Source of the DNA: a virus
Taxonomy: Duplodnaviria > Caudoviricetes
DNA length: 45,807 nucleotides
Reading direction: 5' to 3' (one strand)
IMG/VR virus record: IMGVR_UViG_3300030376_002881
Coordinates: 1-45,807 of that record
The notes beneath the pieces are model-generated. The model saw only the letters and a program-made list of their open reading frames with translations, was not told where the DNA came from and ran no database searches. The position numbers and the translations under genes are program-made. This document shows positions 33,083-44,013 of this stretch, one piece after another (position 1 is the first letter of the stretch; the number at the start of each line of letters is the position of its first letter).

Positions 33083-36000
33083 TTATCCTGCTATTTCTTT
33101 TAAAATAATATTACTTGAATACTCTCGAGCCGTCCCCCCAGATGCAGAATCGTTAATACTTAATGTTTCTCCTGCATCATCAACCGCACCATACAGATCG
33201 ACTGAAAAAGAACCTGAACTAAAACTTGGTGGAGTGTATAGGATTTCATAAGTAACATTTACTCCTCCATATAGGGCGTTACCATTATCGAAATTACCAA
33301 ACAGCCCAGCAGTACCTTCATTTCCAATTACTGCGTTAGAGTTTGTGGCATCTACTAACCTAAACCATGCGGCACGATTCGTTTCGTTTATTGAGTAATG
33401 CAAATAACAACTAATTAATATTTTACTTCCAGATCGACAGTTTGAAATCGTAGTCCTTAGTGGGTTACTACTAGCGTCTTGAAATTGGTAAAAAGTACCT
33501 CCAGACGTAGTATAAACTGAATAAAAAGTGGTGAATTGATTTTGTGTTACTTGATATAAAGATCCAGGGGGAAAAGTAGCAGATGAACCAATTGTTCCAT
33601 TGAAGCTTCCACTATTGGGAGTTGTAATTGATCCAGAAGTATCAATTTCTAATTTTGAACTATCATTTACTGTAAGTTTTAGTGGATGATTTGACCTAGC
33701 ACCAACAAGAACAGAACCACTGCTTGCATCTGTCGCGATCTCTTGACTAATTACTCCACCATCAGTTTCTGTTAGGTTTATTGCATCACCAGCAGCATTT
33801 TTGTGGTGGACTGTTGTAAAATTGTTAAATGTTGTCGGACTTGTAGTACCAATGCCTAAATGTCCATTTTTCTGAATACGCATTTTTTCGGAACCAGCAA
33901 CGTCAAATCTTATGTCAGCACCTGCTCCGCCAGCATTAGAAGTATCTGCACTCAGCTTTAGACCATCACCATTAGATAACACCTCATGATAATAGGATTG
34001 CCCTGTTACCCCTATCCTCAGACCTTTTGTGTCTGCACCCTCAATATGAAGTAACTGGGCTGGACTTACTCCAATACCAACATTTCCACTATTGAAAAAA
34101 GTTGGTTGGTTCGCTGCACTTGTTATCTGTACTTTCTGCACTCCATTTTGATATAAATCCAAATATCCATTGGAATTGGTATCGGAGTCATTTCTAATGT
34201 TTGCAATAATTCGATTACTATTTGATTTAATACTAAACTTATTCCCTGCAGAATCTGAATCTATTTCAACATTCCCAGAGGAACCAAGTGTCATAGTATT
34301 GGCAATACTTGATCCATTTTTTCGTGTATGAAATTTAATATCTCCAGCATAGTCACCATCAGTACCATTTTCTTTACCAAAATCAATACCTGCTATTTCT
34401 GTAGAATCTCCACCAGAATTATATTTTACTTTTCCAAGAATCCCAGCACGAGGGTTTGCATTATAGGCATTTGTTGATTCTAGTTTTTGACTAACCATCA
34501 TTGATGCCGAATTAGTGCTAGGATTTACTACTGTAAAATCGGCATTTACCGCAACATTCCCAGAAAAGGTTCCACCAGTAGAAGCAGAAACGGTATCTGC
34601 AACAGTGAATGTTTTATAAACAACAATTTTGACTATATCACCTGAAACAACAGCACTATTAAAAGTTACAGTATTGGATGCTGGAGTAAGCTGATAATCA
34701 TCGCTAGCCCCTTCAACCAACTGAACACCATTCAGATAGACATGAACGCTTTCATTTGATCCAAAACTTACAGCATTACTATCGTTTTCTGCAAAGCCAG
34801 TTCCTGAAGCTCCTACGATGCTAGTCACCGATCCTGTGATGTCGTAAACGTATTCTAAAATCGTGGCATTTTGAGCAGCACTAGCAGCCAGCCAGTTATT
34901 ACCATCGTACACACGCATTTCGCCGTCAGTCGTATTGAAATACAATGCTCCTGTGACCAGCGTGTTTCCGTCATTGTCTGTGGTAGGCCCATCCTTTGAT
35001 GTATTAAATGCTCCGTATACCCCCTGACCTCTAAAATCGAGATCCACGTTTGCTCCAGCCGCATCCATGTTTTCAGATATAGTGACTTCATTTGAAGTAC
35101 TGCTTACTGCAATAACATTTGCATCTTCGGGTATTCCTGTTCCTGTAACTTCTTGACCAACAATAATATTAGATTTTGATGCTACAGTAATAACACTAGA
35201 ATTTGTAGCCCAAGTGCCTGTAGTGTCTGCATCCGTGGCCGAAGCTCCATCAGCCATTTGCCCTAGATATTTGTCATCAAATTTATCAAATATTTGTGCG
35301 ATACTAGCCGAACTTGCAGCAGCAGCAAGTTTTGATTGTTCTGCAACTAATGCCCAATATTTAGCAGAATAATCTACATTATCTACTGTACCACTTGTGT
35401 AAGTAGCCCAATCTTTTGACGAACCTTCATTTGCAACACCACGACCTTGTGTTCCTACTGCCCATTCTTTAGAGGACATATCTCCTGCAGTACCACCTCT
35501 AACATCTCCTGATGTATAAACTGCCCAATCTTTAGCAGAACCTCCAGTAGATCCTGTCGTTCCTATTGCAAATTCTTTAGCAGAATAAACTCCTGCTTGA
35601 TCCGAAGGGCTACTATCAGAAGTGTTATTTGTTGCACCATCAAAATGCCTTACTACTGCACCTGTGCGAGTTGCATAATCTTGTGCTGTATCACGATGAT
35701 CTAAAGCATCATCACGATAGGTTGCTGTAGTGTTAAGTGTGGAGTCTGCATAACCTTTTGTAGCAACGTGATCATCACTGTCATTAGCTGCTGGAGTAGC
35801 TACATTTTTAATTTTTCTATTAGCACCGCCTGATTCACCATTCCATTTGCTGTCTGTATCCACCACCATAGCTTGAAGTGCAATGTCGATAGCTTCCTGT
35901 GCAGTGTGGAATACCTGTGTGTTTGCATTGTCAAGGTCTGCTTCTCTGATTACAGATCCAGGTGCAAAATCTACTTTCTTAGCAGTACGATCAGAGACTC

Positions 36001-36319
36001 TACGGATTAGTACTGTGTCATTATGTGCAAGTGTCGTAACTGCACTATCACTAGCAGTATTTAAAGCACTGTCGGCTACTATTGTTATCTTGGATACATT
36101 ACCGTCAACAGTAAACTCATCGCCAGTAGCGTTAAGACCGCTTCCGACTAACTTTACACCGTTGACAAATACTTCGAGCACTTCACCAATAGTCGAATCA
36201 AAGATAGCATTCGTAAGTGTGAAGTCTCTGGGTGCTGATGGACTTGCTCCTGCTTGATTAGCAGCAACAGTCAGTTCGTCATAACTGAATGGTCCACGTT
36301 GGACTAGAGATACTGGCAT
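33083..36319 (-). CDS. Tail fibre protein (T7 gp17-like anchor)
   Basis: IRRVS...FAPGSVIREADLD...AQEA anchor; SAKDWA repeats; GNVGIG repeats; tip domain ending LKEIAG. Confidence 0.9.
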   Translation of the reverse strand: MPVSLVQRGPFSYDELTVAANQAGASPSAPRDFTLTNAIFDSTIGEVLEVFVNGVKLVGSGLNATGDEFTVDGNVSKITIVADSALNTASDSAVTTLAHNDTVLIRRVSDRTAKKVDFAPGSVIREADLDNANTQVFHTAQEAIDIALQAMVVDTDSKWNGESGGANRKIKNVATPAANDSDDHVATKGYADSTLNTTATYRDDALDHRDTAQDYATRTGAVVRHFDGATNNTSDSSPSDQAGVYSAKEFAIGTTGSTGGSAKDWAVYTSGDVRGGTAGDMSSKEWAVGTQGRGVANEGSSKDWATYTSGTVDNVDYSAKYWALVAEQSKLAAAASSASIAQIFDKFDDKYLGQMADGASATDADTTGTWATNSSVITVASKSNIIVGQEVTGTGIPEDANVIAVSSTSNEVTISENMDAAGANVDLDFRGQGVYGAFNTSKDGPTTDNDGNTLVTGALYFNTTDGEMRVYDGNNWLAASAAQNATILEYVYDITGSVTSIVGASGTGFAENDSNAVSFGSNESVHVYLNGVQLVEGASDDYQLTPASNTVTFNSAVVSGDIVKIVVYKTFTVADTVSASTGGTFSGNVAVNADFTVVNPSTNSASMMVSQKLESTNAYNANPRAGILGKVKYNSGGDSTEIAGIDFGKENGTDGDYAGDIKFHTRKNGSSIANTMTLGSSGNVEIDSDSAGNKFSIKSNSNRIIANIRNDSDTNSNGYLDLYQNGVQKVQITSAANQPTFFNSGNVGIGVSPAQLLHIEGADTKGLRIGVTGQSYYHEVLSNGDGLKLSADTSNAGGAGADIRFDVAGSEKMRIQKNGHLGIGTTSPTTFNNFTTVHHKNAAGDAINLTETDGGVISQEIATDASSGSVLVGARSNHPLKLTVNDSSKLEIDTSGSITTPNSGSFNGTIGSSATFPPGSLYQVTQNQFTTFYSVYTTSGGTFYQFQDASSNPLRTTISNCRSGSKILISCYLHYSINETNRAAWFRLVDATNSNAVIGNEGTAGLFGNFDNGNALYGGVNVTYEILYTPPSFSSGSFSVDLYGAVDDAGETLSINDSASGGTAREYSSNIILKEIAG

Positions 36320-36322
36320 TTA

Positions 36323-39300
36323 TTATTCTCCGATCATTGTTTCGGTTGCATTTTTAATTGTAGCTTCTATGTACCTATCCCTTAGTTCTGGGAAAGAGGT
36401 AATCATCTCCCACTTAGCTGCACCTTTATTCATTCTAAGTTTTGCGTATATTTCTGTTTTAATTTTTAAGAACTGTTTTGGAAACATAGGTGCTAATGCA
36501 GGTCCGTCTTTCTTTAATTGTTTGACAACTTTTTCCATTTCTTTTGTACCAAATACACCTCTGTTTCTTTTACCAAAGTGTACAGCCCACATAAGTTGTT
36601 GTTCTGGCGACAACGGTATTTTCTCATTACCTACATTAAGATTTACCCATCTTTTAGGATGACTAAAATTAATGTCCAGATTCTTTATAAGTACAGAGGT
36701 ATTGGTTTCGTTTACTTTTTTACTGCTAAATGGAATAAGATTTTGCTCAAGAAACCTTTCATATATATTAGCTTCACGATCATTAAAACCTATTGGATTT
36801 GCCTCAAGATCTACCATTGGTACTGTACCTGGACGAATGATAGGAGATCCATCAGAACCCATATCTAGGATGTTAACTTTCCTAAATTCTTCTGTAATTT
36901 CTCTAAGAAGTTTGTCGATAATTCCTAGTTGCTTTTGTTTTTCTTCTGTCAAATTGGGATACTCAAATCCTGACTTAGATACTTTTCTATCCCCTTCTTC
37001 TGTAGGTATAAACTCTGATTTTACTCTACTAACATTGTAATATTTGTGGTTGTCGGCTGCTCTGACTAAACCTCTAAAGAAGTTAGCAAGAGGGACTTGA
37101 CCAGCATATTTAGATGCATAGTTCGTAAGTAGTTCTCTAGGATCAGCATTAGGACTAAATACTGAATCAAACATGTCTCGTACACCACGGAGCATTGCTT
37201 TATCCATAAAGAAATTACCCATGTGAAACAGTAATCTCTTATTTTTGTCTGCTAATGCATTACTTAAATTATTGACATCTTTTATTTCACGGTATGGTTC
37301 AACATGGTTTCTAATAAATGCTTCATGATTTCCTATAATTGCTCCTGCCATTATGAGGGAAGCAATAGGATCTGCTCTACCAATAGGAATAGTACTAGCA
37401 TCATAAGTAGACATGTTACGAATGAATATTTCTGGCTGTGTTCGTAACTGATCTGCTGCTATGTCTCTGCCTTGATATGAAGGATTAGATCCACCAGTAA
37501 TACTTACATCCAACCCTTCTGGTGTAAGTAAATCTTTTGTACCTTCTGCACCAGGAATAATCTGTCCTCCACCTAATGAATAGCCTAAGTGCATTAAAAG
37601 ACCGCCTGTAAAAGTTTTAGCTAATACATCCTGTCTAAAAGCAGCATCACTTTTAAATTTTAATCTATAATCGTTGTAATCTGTTAGCCACCGAAGACCA
37701 TGTACCATCCCATTTCTCTCTACCATTGTTTGCTTAAATATATTGTAAGGAGTTCTGAAGAATGGAATCTTAGATGAAGCAAAAGATGCCCACGCATTCC
37801 CAATTAATGAGTCTGCCATGTTACGACCTGTTGCAGATCTATTAGGTTTTCTCCAGTTTTCAATAGCTTTAAACATCTTTTCCATACCACCACCATCTAG
37901 CGGTTGTTGAAACAGTGATATCTGTGCGTAGGTTTGAGCAGCTTCATCAATATCTTGTGGAAGTGACTGTACTATTTGTCTATATCTTTTATCTAATTCA
38001 GCACCTTTAAGACCCTCATCATGTGCTCTTTTCATCGCTAGTGAGTGAATTGCTCTTCTGTAATTAATAGAACGAAAGAAAGCATCGCCTGACATAAGTA
38101 ATCTGCCAGGAAGTCCCATAATCGTACCTGTTCCATTTATTACTGTTCTGAAGTAATCGTTAAAATCTCCTTCAGTAAAGTTAAATGCTTCTTCTACTTC
38201 TTTTGCATTTGCTGCTTCTGGAACTTTTAATCCAAGAAATCTTTCTGTAGATCCCTCCGACATGTGGCCTATGTCATATCCTTGGTGAAGTCCTGTATCT
38301 AGTTCTTTAAAACCTTCCCATGCTTTTCCTACTGCGGATCTTTTGGCAATGTCATCATCAATTCCGATAAACAATGACTCAAACAATGACTGCACAACAC
38401 CAAACATGTCTGCTTTTGATTCATCAAATGTAGTGCCTTCTACTGGTTCTGCTCCAATAATCTTTCTACCTACATTTTCAGCAGTATTAAACCCTGCTGA
38501 CAACATCTTTTCAGACACCAGTAAATTAGTCATTGCTGCTGAACCCACAGTATTTACTGTCTGAGTAGACATATTAGACAGGAAAGCGTTTATACCATTA
38601 AAATTTATAAGATCAAATATTCTGGTGAAGTTGTCTTTTTTAAACAGGCTGTTAATTTGTTCTACTGTTTTAAGACCCTGCATTTTATCTATAAACTTCA
38701 ACAGTTTCTTCTCAGAACCTTTTATAGTCAAAGAACTTGTAAAATCTCTAATTATTGCTTCAGCAGCTTCTCTTCTTTTTTCTACTGGAACAGACTCAAT
38801 ACTCATCGCCTGAAGAGTTCGAGCTACATCTCTTTCGCTTGCTCTTAATTGAGCAAACATGTTAGACATTTTTGCAAATTCAGTAACAAACTTTAACTGT
38901 TGCTCTGGTTCTAGTTTTCCATTTTGACTTCTTACTAATTGTCTGTATTGATCTCCAAGTGTGTCGATATAATTAGTTCCAGATTGTACAAGATCACGTG
39001 CAAGTAGCATAAGAACTGGCATGTCTTCAGTGTAAGCAGAAAAACCATCTAAAAACCTTTCAGGACTGTAGCCATTAGATTTCATCCATTCTGCTGCAAG
39101 TCCAGCCTGTTTCTTTAGTTCTTCGTTGGTGAGTACATTTCCTTCAGTTACATACGTACCATCAGCTTTCTTTCTTGCTTTACCTTTTTCGCCAAATCTT
39201 AAATCGTTAGGATACTTGTTCTCTAACTGTATAAACATTCTTTGGATGATTTCTTTTGCCGACACAGTTCCACCCATGTTAGCAAAATTTATCTTCCAGT

Positions 39301-40714
39301 TAGCTTCACCAGTAGGCTTGTCCTTGGCTATGTCCCATTTGAACAAGTCTTTTATTTTAATGTCCTCTGGTTGCATAGGTGCTGGCTTTTTACCAGTAGG
39401 CATAATTGTTTCATCCTTCTGGGTCAAAGTTGCTTTAGCTACTTCTCCTTCATCTAGTACTGGTTTCTTCTCTAGTATATCCTTTTCTAACTTAGCCTTG
39501 ATCTCTTCTAGTTGACCTACACTTTGTTCTAGTGTTGGGTCTTTTAAAGACACCAAAGGATCAGAAACCTTAAATTTACCTGTCTCTGCATCTACAGTAG
39601 GTACAATTTCTAATAACTTGTTGATAAATCTTTCAGATTCGTTAAGTAATTTCGCTGCTTTTTCAGGATCTTTTTCTGTTGTTTTACCTAAGAATCCCAT
39701 GTTCCAAGCTGCTCTACCTAGCTTTACAAAAGGTTCAATAAGCAGTGTTCCTCCCATACCTGCCAAAGCACCATCTAGGTAAGATTTAAATCTTGCTGTA
39801 AATGCGTCCTCATTCGGAGCACCAGCTATGAAAGCAATAGCTTGGTTATCTACACCTAACTCAGTAAGTGTCTTAGCGAATCTGTCTTTTTGTTGAAGTG
39901 TAAGTGCTTCACCAGTAGCAGTGTTTAGTACGTTTTGAACTGATCTGGTACTGAAGAAGGATTTAAGTTTAGGTATTGCTACTTGTAATGCTTTTGCTGA
40001 ATTGAGTGCTTTGTCTCCAAGAAACCAGCTAAGTCCTGCCTGTGTAGCTACTCTGTACAGATCCCCAGCTTCAGTTTCAGGTTCTCCTCCTCCTGGTATC
40101 TTAATTAATGGAACTCTTTCCTCTGGAAGTCCTGACCATCCAGTACCTTTACCTCCGAGTAGTCCCTTTCCAAGTTGTTGTGTTGCACTTCCTTCTGGTA
40201 GTTCTACACCTTGAGGTGAAGACACATACACACCGTCCTCAGTTAAACGTATCCCTGCGAGATCCAGCATTGGGTTAGCAACAGCATCTACAACTCCCTG
40301 CTCAAACTGCTGTACACCAGTGGTAATACCTTTCCATGCTTCTTCAAATCCAGTTGCAATGTGGTGAAGGATAGGGGTCTTTGCTTCTGATTTACTTATC
40401 TCTTCAAATGCTACAATAGCAGCTTCTAGTTTCTCAGAATTTCCTTCGTTAATTCTAATATTGTATAACGTGTCAAGTAACTCTTCTGCTGATTTACCGT
40501 GCAACGGAGTTCCAGGTCCAAAATCTTCTAATTGCTTTTCGTAGTTATTGATTATCTGTGTAGTACGCTCTCCTAATTCATTAGGCAAAGGTGATATAAG
40601 AGGTTGTGGTACTGAAAATCCTAGTTCCTGTTTTAATTTACTTCTAGCACCTTCAGTTCCTGGAGAAGTATCCTCTGCTTTTTGTGCTTCTCGTAAAAGT
40701 CTTTCGTCAGCCAT
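36323..40714 (-). CDS. Large internal virion protein (gp16-like position)
   Basis: 1463 aa; synteny; IPFFRTPYNI motif. Confidence 0.75.
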   Translation of the reverse strand: MADERLLREAQKAEDTSPGTEGARSKLKQELGFSVPQPLISPLPNELGERTTQIINNYEKQLEDFGPGTPLHGKSAEELLDTLYNIRINEGNSEKLEAAIVAFEEISKSEAKTPILHHIATGFEEAWKGITTGVQQFEQGVVDAVANPMLDLAGIRLTEDGVYVSSPQGVELPEGSATQQLGKGLLGGKGTGWSGLPEERVPLIKIPGGGEPETEAGDLYRVATQAGLSWFLGDKALNSAKALQVAIPKLKSFFSTRSVQNVLNTATGEALTLQQKDRFAKTLTELGVDNQAIAFIAGAPNEDAFTARFKSYLDGALAGMGGTLLIEPFVKLGRAAWNMGFLGKTTEKDPEKAAKLLNESERFINKLLEIVPTVDAETGKFKVSDPLVSLKDPTLEQSVGQLEEIKAKLEKDILEKKPVLDEGEVAKATLTQKDETIMPTGKKPAPMQPEDIKIKDLFKWDIAKDKPTGEANWKINFANMGGTVSAKEIIQRMFIQLENKYPNDLRFGEKGKARKKADGTYVTEGNVLTNEELKKQAGLAAEWMKSNGYSPERFLDGFSAYTEDMPVLMLLARDLVQSGTNYIDTLGDQYRQLVRSQNGKLEPEQQLKFVTEFAKMSNMFAQLRASERDVARTLQAMSIESVPVEKRREAAEAIIRDFTSSLTIKGSEKKLLKFIDKMQGLKTVEQINSLFKKDNFTRIFDLINFNGINAFLSNMSTQTVNTVGSAAMTNLLVSEKMLSAGFNTAENVGRKIIGAEPVEGTTFDESKADMFGVVQSLFESLFIGIDDDIAKRSAVGKAWEGFKELDTGLHQGYDIGHMSEGSTERFLGLKVPEAANAKEVEEAFNFTEGDFNDYFRTVINGTGTIMGLPGRLLMSGDAFFRSINYRRAIHSLAMKRAHDEGLKGAELDKRYRQIVQSLPQDIDEAAQTYAQISLFQQPLDGGGMEKMFKAIENWRKPNRSATGRNMADSLIGNAWASFASSKIPFFRTPYNIFKQTMVERNGMVHGLRWLTDYNDYRLKFKSDAAFRQDVLAKTFTGGLLMHLGYSLGGGQIIPGAEGTKDLLTPEGLDVSITGGSNPSYQGRDIAADQLRTQPEIFIRNMSTYDASTIPIGRADPIASLIMAGAIIGNHEAFIRNHVEPYREIKDVNNLSNALADKNKRLLFHMGNFFMDKAMLRGVRDMFDSVFSPNADPRELLTNYASKYAGQVPLANFFRGLVRAADNHKYYNVSRVKSEFIPTEEGDRKVSKSGFEYPNLTEEKQKQLGIIDKLLREITEEFRKVNILDMGSDGSPIIRPGTVPMVDLEANPIGFNDREANIYERFLEQNLIPFSSKKVNETNTSVLIKNLDINFSHPKRWVNLNVGNEKIPLSPEQQLMWAVHFGKRNRGVFGTKEMEKVVKQLKKDGPALAPMFPKQFLKIKTEIYAKLRMNKGAAKWEMITSFPELRDRYIEATIKNATETMIGE

Positions 40715-40725
40715 AATTTTTCAGT

Positions 40726-43700
40726 CTAAAACATTTTCTTAATAGCATCATACACAGTATCTTGAACATTAAACCCTTCATCTGTTGCTTGAGTTTCTAT
40801 TTTATTAAGTTGTTCCTTAATCTGCTCTATTCTTTCTTTGTTATTTTCTAATACTGTTTCGTAGATTTCTTTTGTTCTATTTCTTCTAACTGTTTTGTTA
40901 GTATTAAAATCAGGATTAGTCTCGTACTCTTCAGAAATTGCAGTGTCGTACTCTATTAACAAATCCTTATAAACTTCATTTCTGGACTCTTGAATGTTTT
41001 CAAGAAATGTAGCAGCACCAGGAAGACTAAAGTAAAATGCATCAGACTTTCCTACTTCTAAGTACAATGCCTTTCTACGAGTATTTATAATATTAACTGG
41101 ATCGTTCTTAAATCTTTCTTTCCTAGCATCTATACCACCTTCAAGCATTGTATCAAGACTACCTTTAAGCCTGTTAAACGATGTTTCAAGCAACTTACCG
41201 TTAGTGTATGCATCAGCTAGTTTTTTGTATATTTTTGCATGTTCATCTTCTGCACGTTTATCAAAAGCATCGTCAGACTCTCCAGCTTTTAGCTGTGGAA
41301 AGTTGTAAAGATCTTTCTCAATAGTAAGAACTACACCAGGATCAGTTGAAGTCTTAACATCTGTAGTTTTAAGTTTATGCTTATATTCCTCAACTCTTAC
41401 TGTATCGTAAAGTCTGGACTGTTGTGACATACCAAACACAGTAGGATTACTTGTGTCTAGTTCTTTAGTCTCGTCATTGTAGTCTACTTTATTAAACCTA
41501 CTAGCAATCAACTCCCTAGCTTTTGTAAAATTAGGATTGTCTCCAACTATAAGTTGATTGACTTGCTGTAGTGTTTTAGTTTGCTCTTCTAAAAACTTTT
41601 CCTGTGATTCTTTAGCTTTCTTTTTTAACTCAATTGCTTTGTTTCTTTTGCTAGTTTCGTTTGTATTTTCTAACATTTTAACAGCAGCATTTTTAAACTC
41701 ACTGTAGAGCATTTCTTGTAGACCAGGATCAGCACCTAATGGACCTTTTAACGCTACGTCAAAATCTTTCCTTAGTTTCTTAATTTGTTTTTCGTCATTG
41801 TTTTCTACAGCTAAAGCAAGAGAAGTTGATAAGTTATCATAGACACTGAATGACTTTCCTCTAGCAATATCTTGCTTAGTCTTCTGTTTTTTTTGTCTAT
41901 TTCGCTCTTCGTTTTTTACACCCTTTGTATAAGCACGTGAATTAAGTACACTAACATACCCTTGTGCTTCTTTCATCAAGTCATCATATCCGCTATCTTT
42001 TGCTTCTTTGATGTACTCTGTTAACTTATCCATCTTCTCAGAGTTTTTATATATCTTTTCTCTGAGTTCTAACTTTTTCTTTTTTGTCTCGTTATCAAGT
42101 GTCTTACTATTGATCTCAAACATACGATCATACAGTGTTTTGATCGCTGTTTTCTTATCTCCTGCATCTATGTTAAACATGTAGCGAACTTGATCTACAG
42201 CAGTCTGAAGTGTTTCTACTGTAACTTTAGGATCTGCTGTAAGTCGTTCTGCTTTAGCGACTGCTTCTACACCATTGTCTTCAAACAGTTTGGTCTTGTT
42301 GCTTGTGTTAATATCTTGAACAGTTTTAGTCAGTAGTTTTCTTATTGGTTCATACTTAGGATCTAAGTTTTCTCCTAGTACTTTCTCAATTGCTTTGATT
42401 GCTTGTGCAGTGTAAGGCACATCACCACGTTGTATCTTACTTAGATCATTGTAAAGTTTCTGTACGTGCTCATCTACAGCTTTACTTTGTTCTTCTTTGT
42501 ATAATACACCCTGCTCATTTTTTACTTTCTTTTCGTATTCAGTTTTATTTTCTTTAACTTTGTCTAACAAAAGACTTAACTCAGGATACCCTTCATATTT
42601 AGAGTACTTTAATAAAGATCGTGTATACCTATCTATGTCTTTTTGCTTAGTAGGACTTGATTTAGCACTTGATGCTAAAGATTGTAACTCTGCCTTTAAT
42701 TGTCCCATCAATGATGTCTCTTCTTCACTAGGAGTAAATCGTGATGGATTGAGTGAAGTACTATTGACTACTGTTTCAATAGCTTCTTGTAGCTTTGTTA
42801 ATGTAATTCCAGAGTTTGATGATGTTCCTTCTCTAAACTTCTTTATAAATTCAACACTGTTAATTTTCTTCTGTAATTCAAGTGCTTCAGGTTTAGTTGT
42901 TATCTCTTGTATTTGACCAAATATTTCACCAGCAAGTGTTGTAGCTTCACGTTTAAGCTCATCTTTTTCTTTTTCAGTTGATGTTTTATTGTTATCTTCT
43001 TGTTCTTTTTCGAGTTTTTCTTTTTTAATTCTTAGATTCTCAACTAATTTATAGAATCTTTGAGATACAGTTTTATAATTGGAGTTTGTAGACTGACTTT
43101 GAGATAATTTAAATCCTATACCATCACTAGGCTGAGAGTTAAATACAAAGTCTAACGATTCAAAAACAGGATCATCTGGTGATGTAGCGATTTTTAGTTG
43201 ATTTTCTTTATCGTCTAAGAATGCGTTCTGTTCTTCAGCCTTTGTGTAGAAACTTACACCGTCTATTTCTAAACGTACATTTGAAGCAGCACTTTCATAA
43301 TCACCATAAATTTTATGGTTAGTTTTATGTATTCTTTGTACTCTTTGACTTAAAACTGTTTTCCTACGAGTGTCTGCTTCTTCTCCCATGTGTTTAGCAA
43401 GAGCATCCTGTAAAGGACCGAAATCTATTCCTTTCTCGCTAAATACCTTCCATGCTACAGGGTCATTCTGATACCCCTGCATTAACCCTTCTCTTTCCTT
43501 TTGTATAAATACAGAAGCATACTCTGCTAATGGTATATACTGCTCACCTTTATTAGCTTTTTCTTTACTTGCTGAAGACCACCTAGCATAAATTTTATCT
43601 GCTAAGTTTGGAGCAAGAGCTTTTATGTAGTCATTGTCGTCATCTATTTTAGATGAGTATATCTCTGTCTTATATCCTTCTTTAAATGCAGGTGTCTCAT

Positions 43701-44013
43701 TCTCTATAAAGTCAGGAGACATTACACCTTTTTGCTGTGCTACAAACTTACCTCTTAAAATATCAGCAGTCTTTTGTTCCTCTAGTATTTGTTGTTCTAC
43801 TTTTTGCTGTCTAAGGTATTCTCTCTCGCTTACTTCTGCACCTGCTCTAAAAGCACCAGCAAAACTTTTACTAAGTGACATTAATGACTCAGCAACTTGA
43901 CCCATTTGATTCAGTCTAGCACTATCACCTTGTTGCTGTGGTACTCTAGGACTAAACTGCATGGGATTTCCAGGCTGTATCATCCTTGTTGCAAATCGTT
44001 GTCTTTCAGCCAT
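40726..44013 (-). CDS. Internal virion protein (gp15-like position)
   Basis: 1095 aa, helical and charged; synteny. Confidence 0.7.
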   Translation of the reverse strand: MAERQRFATRMIQPGNPMQFSPRVPQQQGDSARLNQMGQVAESLMSLSKSFAGAFRAGAEVSEREYLRQQKVEQQILEEQKTADILRGKFVAQQKGVMSPDFIENETPAFKEGYKTEIYSSKIDDDNDYIKALAPNLADKIYARWSSASKEKANKGEQYIPLAEYASVFIQKEREGLMQGYQNDPVAWKVFSEKGIDFGPLQDALAKHMGEEADTRRKTVLSQRVQRIHKTNHKIYGDYESAASNVRLEIDGVSFYTKAEEQNAFLDDKENQLKIATSPDDPVFESLDFVFNSQPSDGIGFKLSQSQSTNSNYKTVSQRFYKLVENLRIKKEKLEKEQEDNNKTSTEKEKDELKREATTLAGEIFGQIQEITTKPEALELQKKINSVEFIKKFREGTSSNSGITLTKLQEAIETVVNSTSLNPSRFTPSEEETSLMGQLKAELQSLASSAKSSPTKQKDIDRYTRSLLKYSKYEGYPELSLLLDKVKENKTEYEKKVKNEQGVLYKEEQSKAVDEHVQKLYNDLSKIQRGDVPYTAQAIKAIEKVLGENLDPKYEPIRKLLTKTVQDINTSNKTKLFEDNGVEAVAKAERLTADPKVTVETLQTAVDQVRYMFNIDAGDKKTAIKTLYDRMFEINSKTLDNETKKKKLELREKIYKNSEKMDKLTEYIKEAKDSGYDDLMKEAQGYVSVLNSRAYTKGVKNEERNRQKKQKTKQDIARGKSFSVYDNLSTSLALAVENNDEKQIKKLRKDFDVALKGPLGADPGLQEMLYSEFKNAAVKMLENTNETSKRNKAIELKKKAKESQEKFLEEQTKTLQQVNQLIVGDNPNFTKARELIASRFNKVDYNDETKELDTSNPTVFGMSQQSRLYDTVRVEEYKHKLKTTDVKTSTDPGVVLTIEKDLYNFPQLKAGESDDAFDKRAEDEHAKIYKKLADAYTNGKLLETSFNRLKGSLDTMLEGGIDARKERFKNDPVNIINTRRKALYLEVGKSDAFYFSLPGAATFLENIQESRNEVYKDLLIEYDTAISEEYETNPDFNTNKTVRRNRTKEIYETVLENNKERIEQIKEQLNKIETQATDEGFNVQDTVYDAIKKMF

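Noticed and set aside
32046-36319. Diversity-generating retroelement or invertible tail-fibre system
   Set aside because: No reverse transcriptase, no near-identical template/variable repeat pair seen, no invertase or inverted cassette
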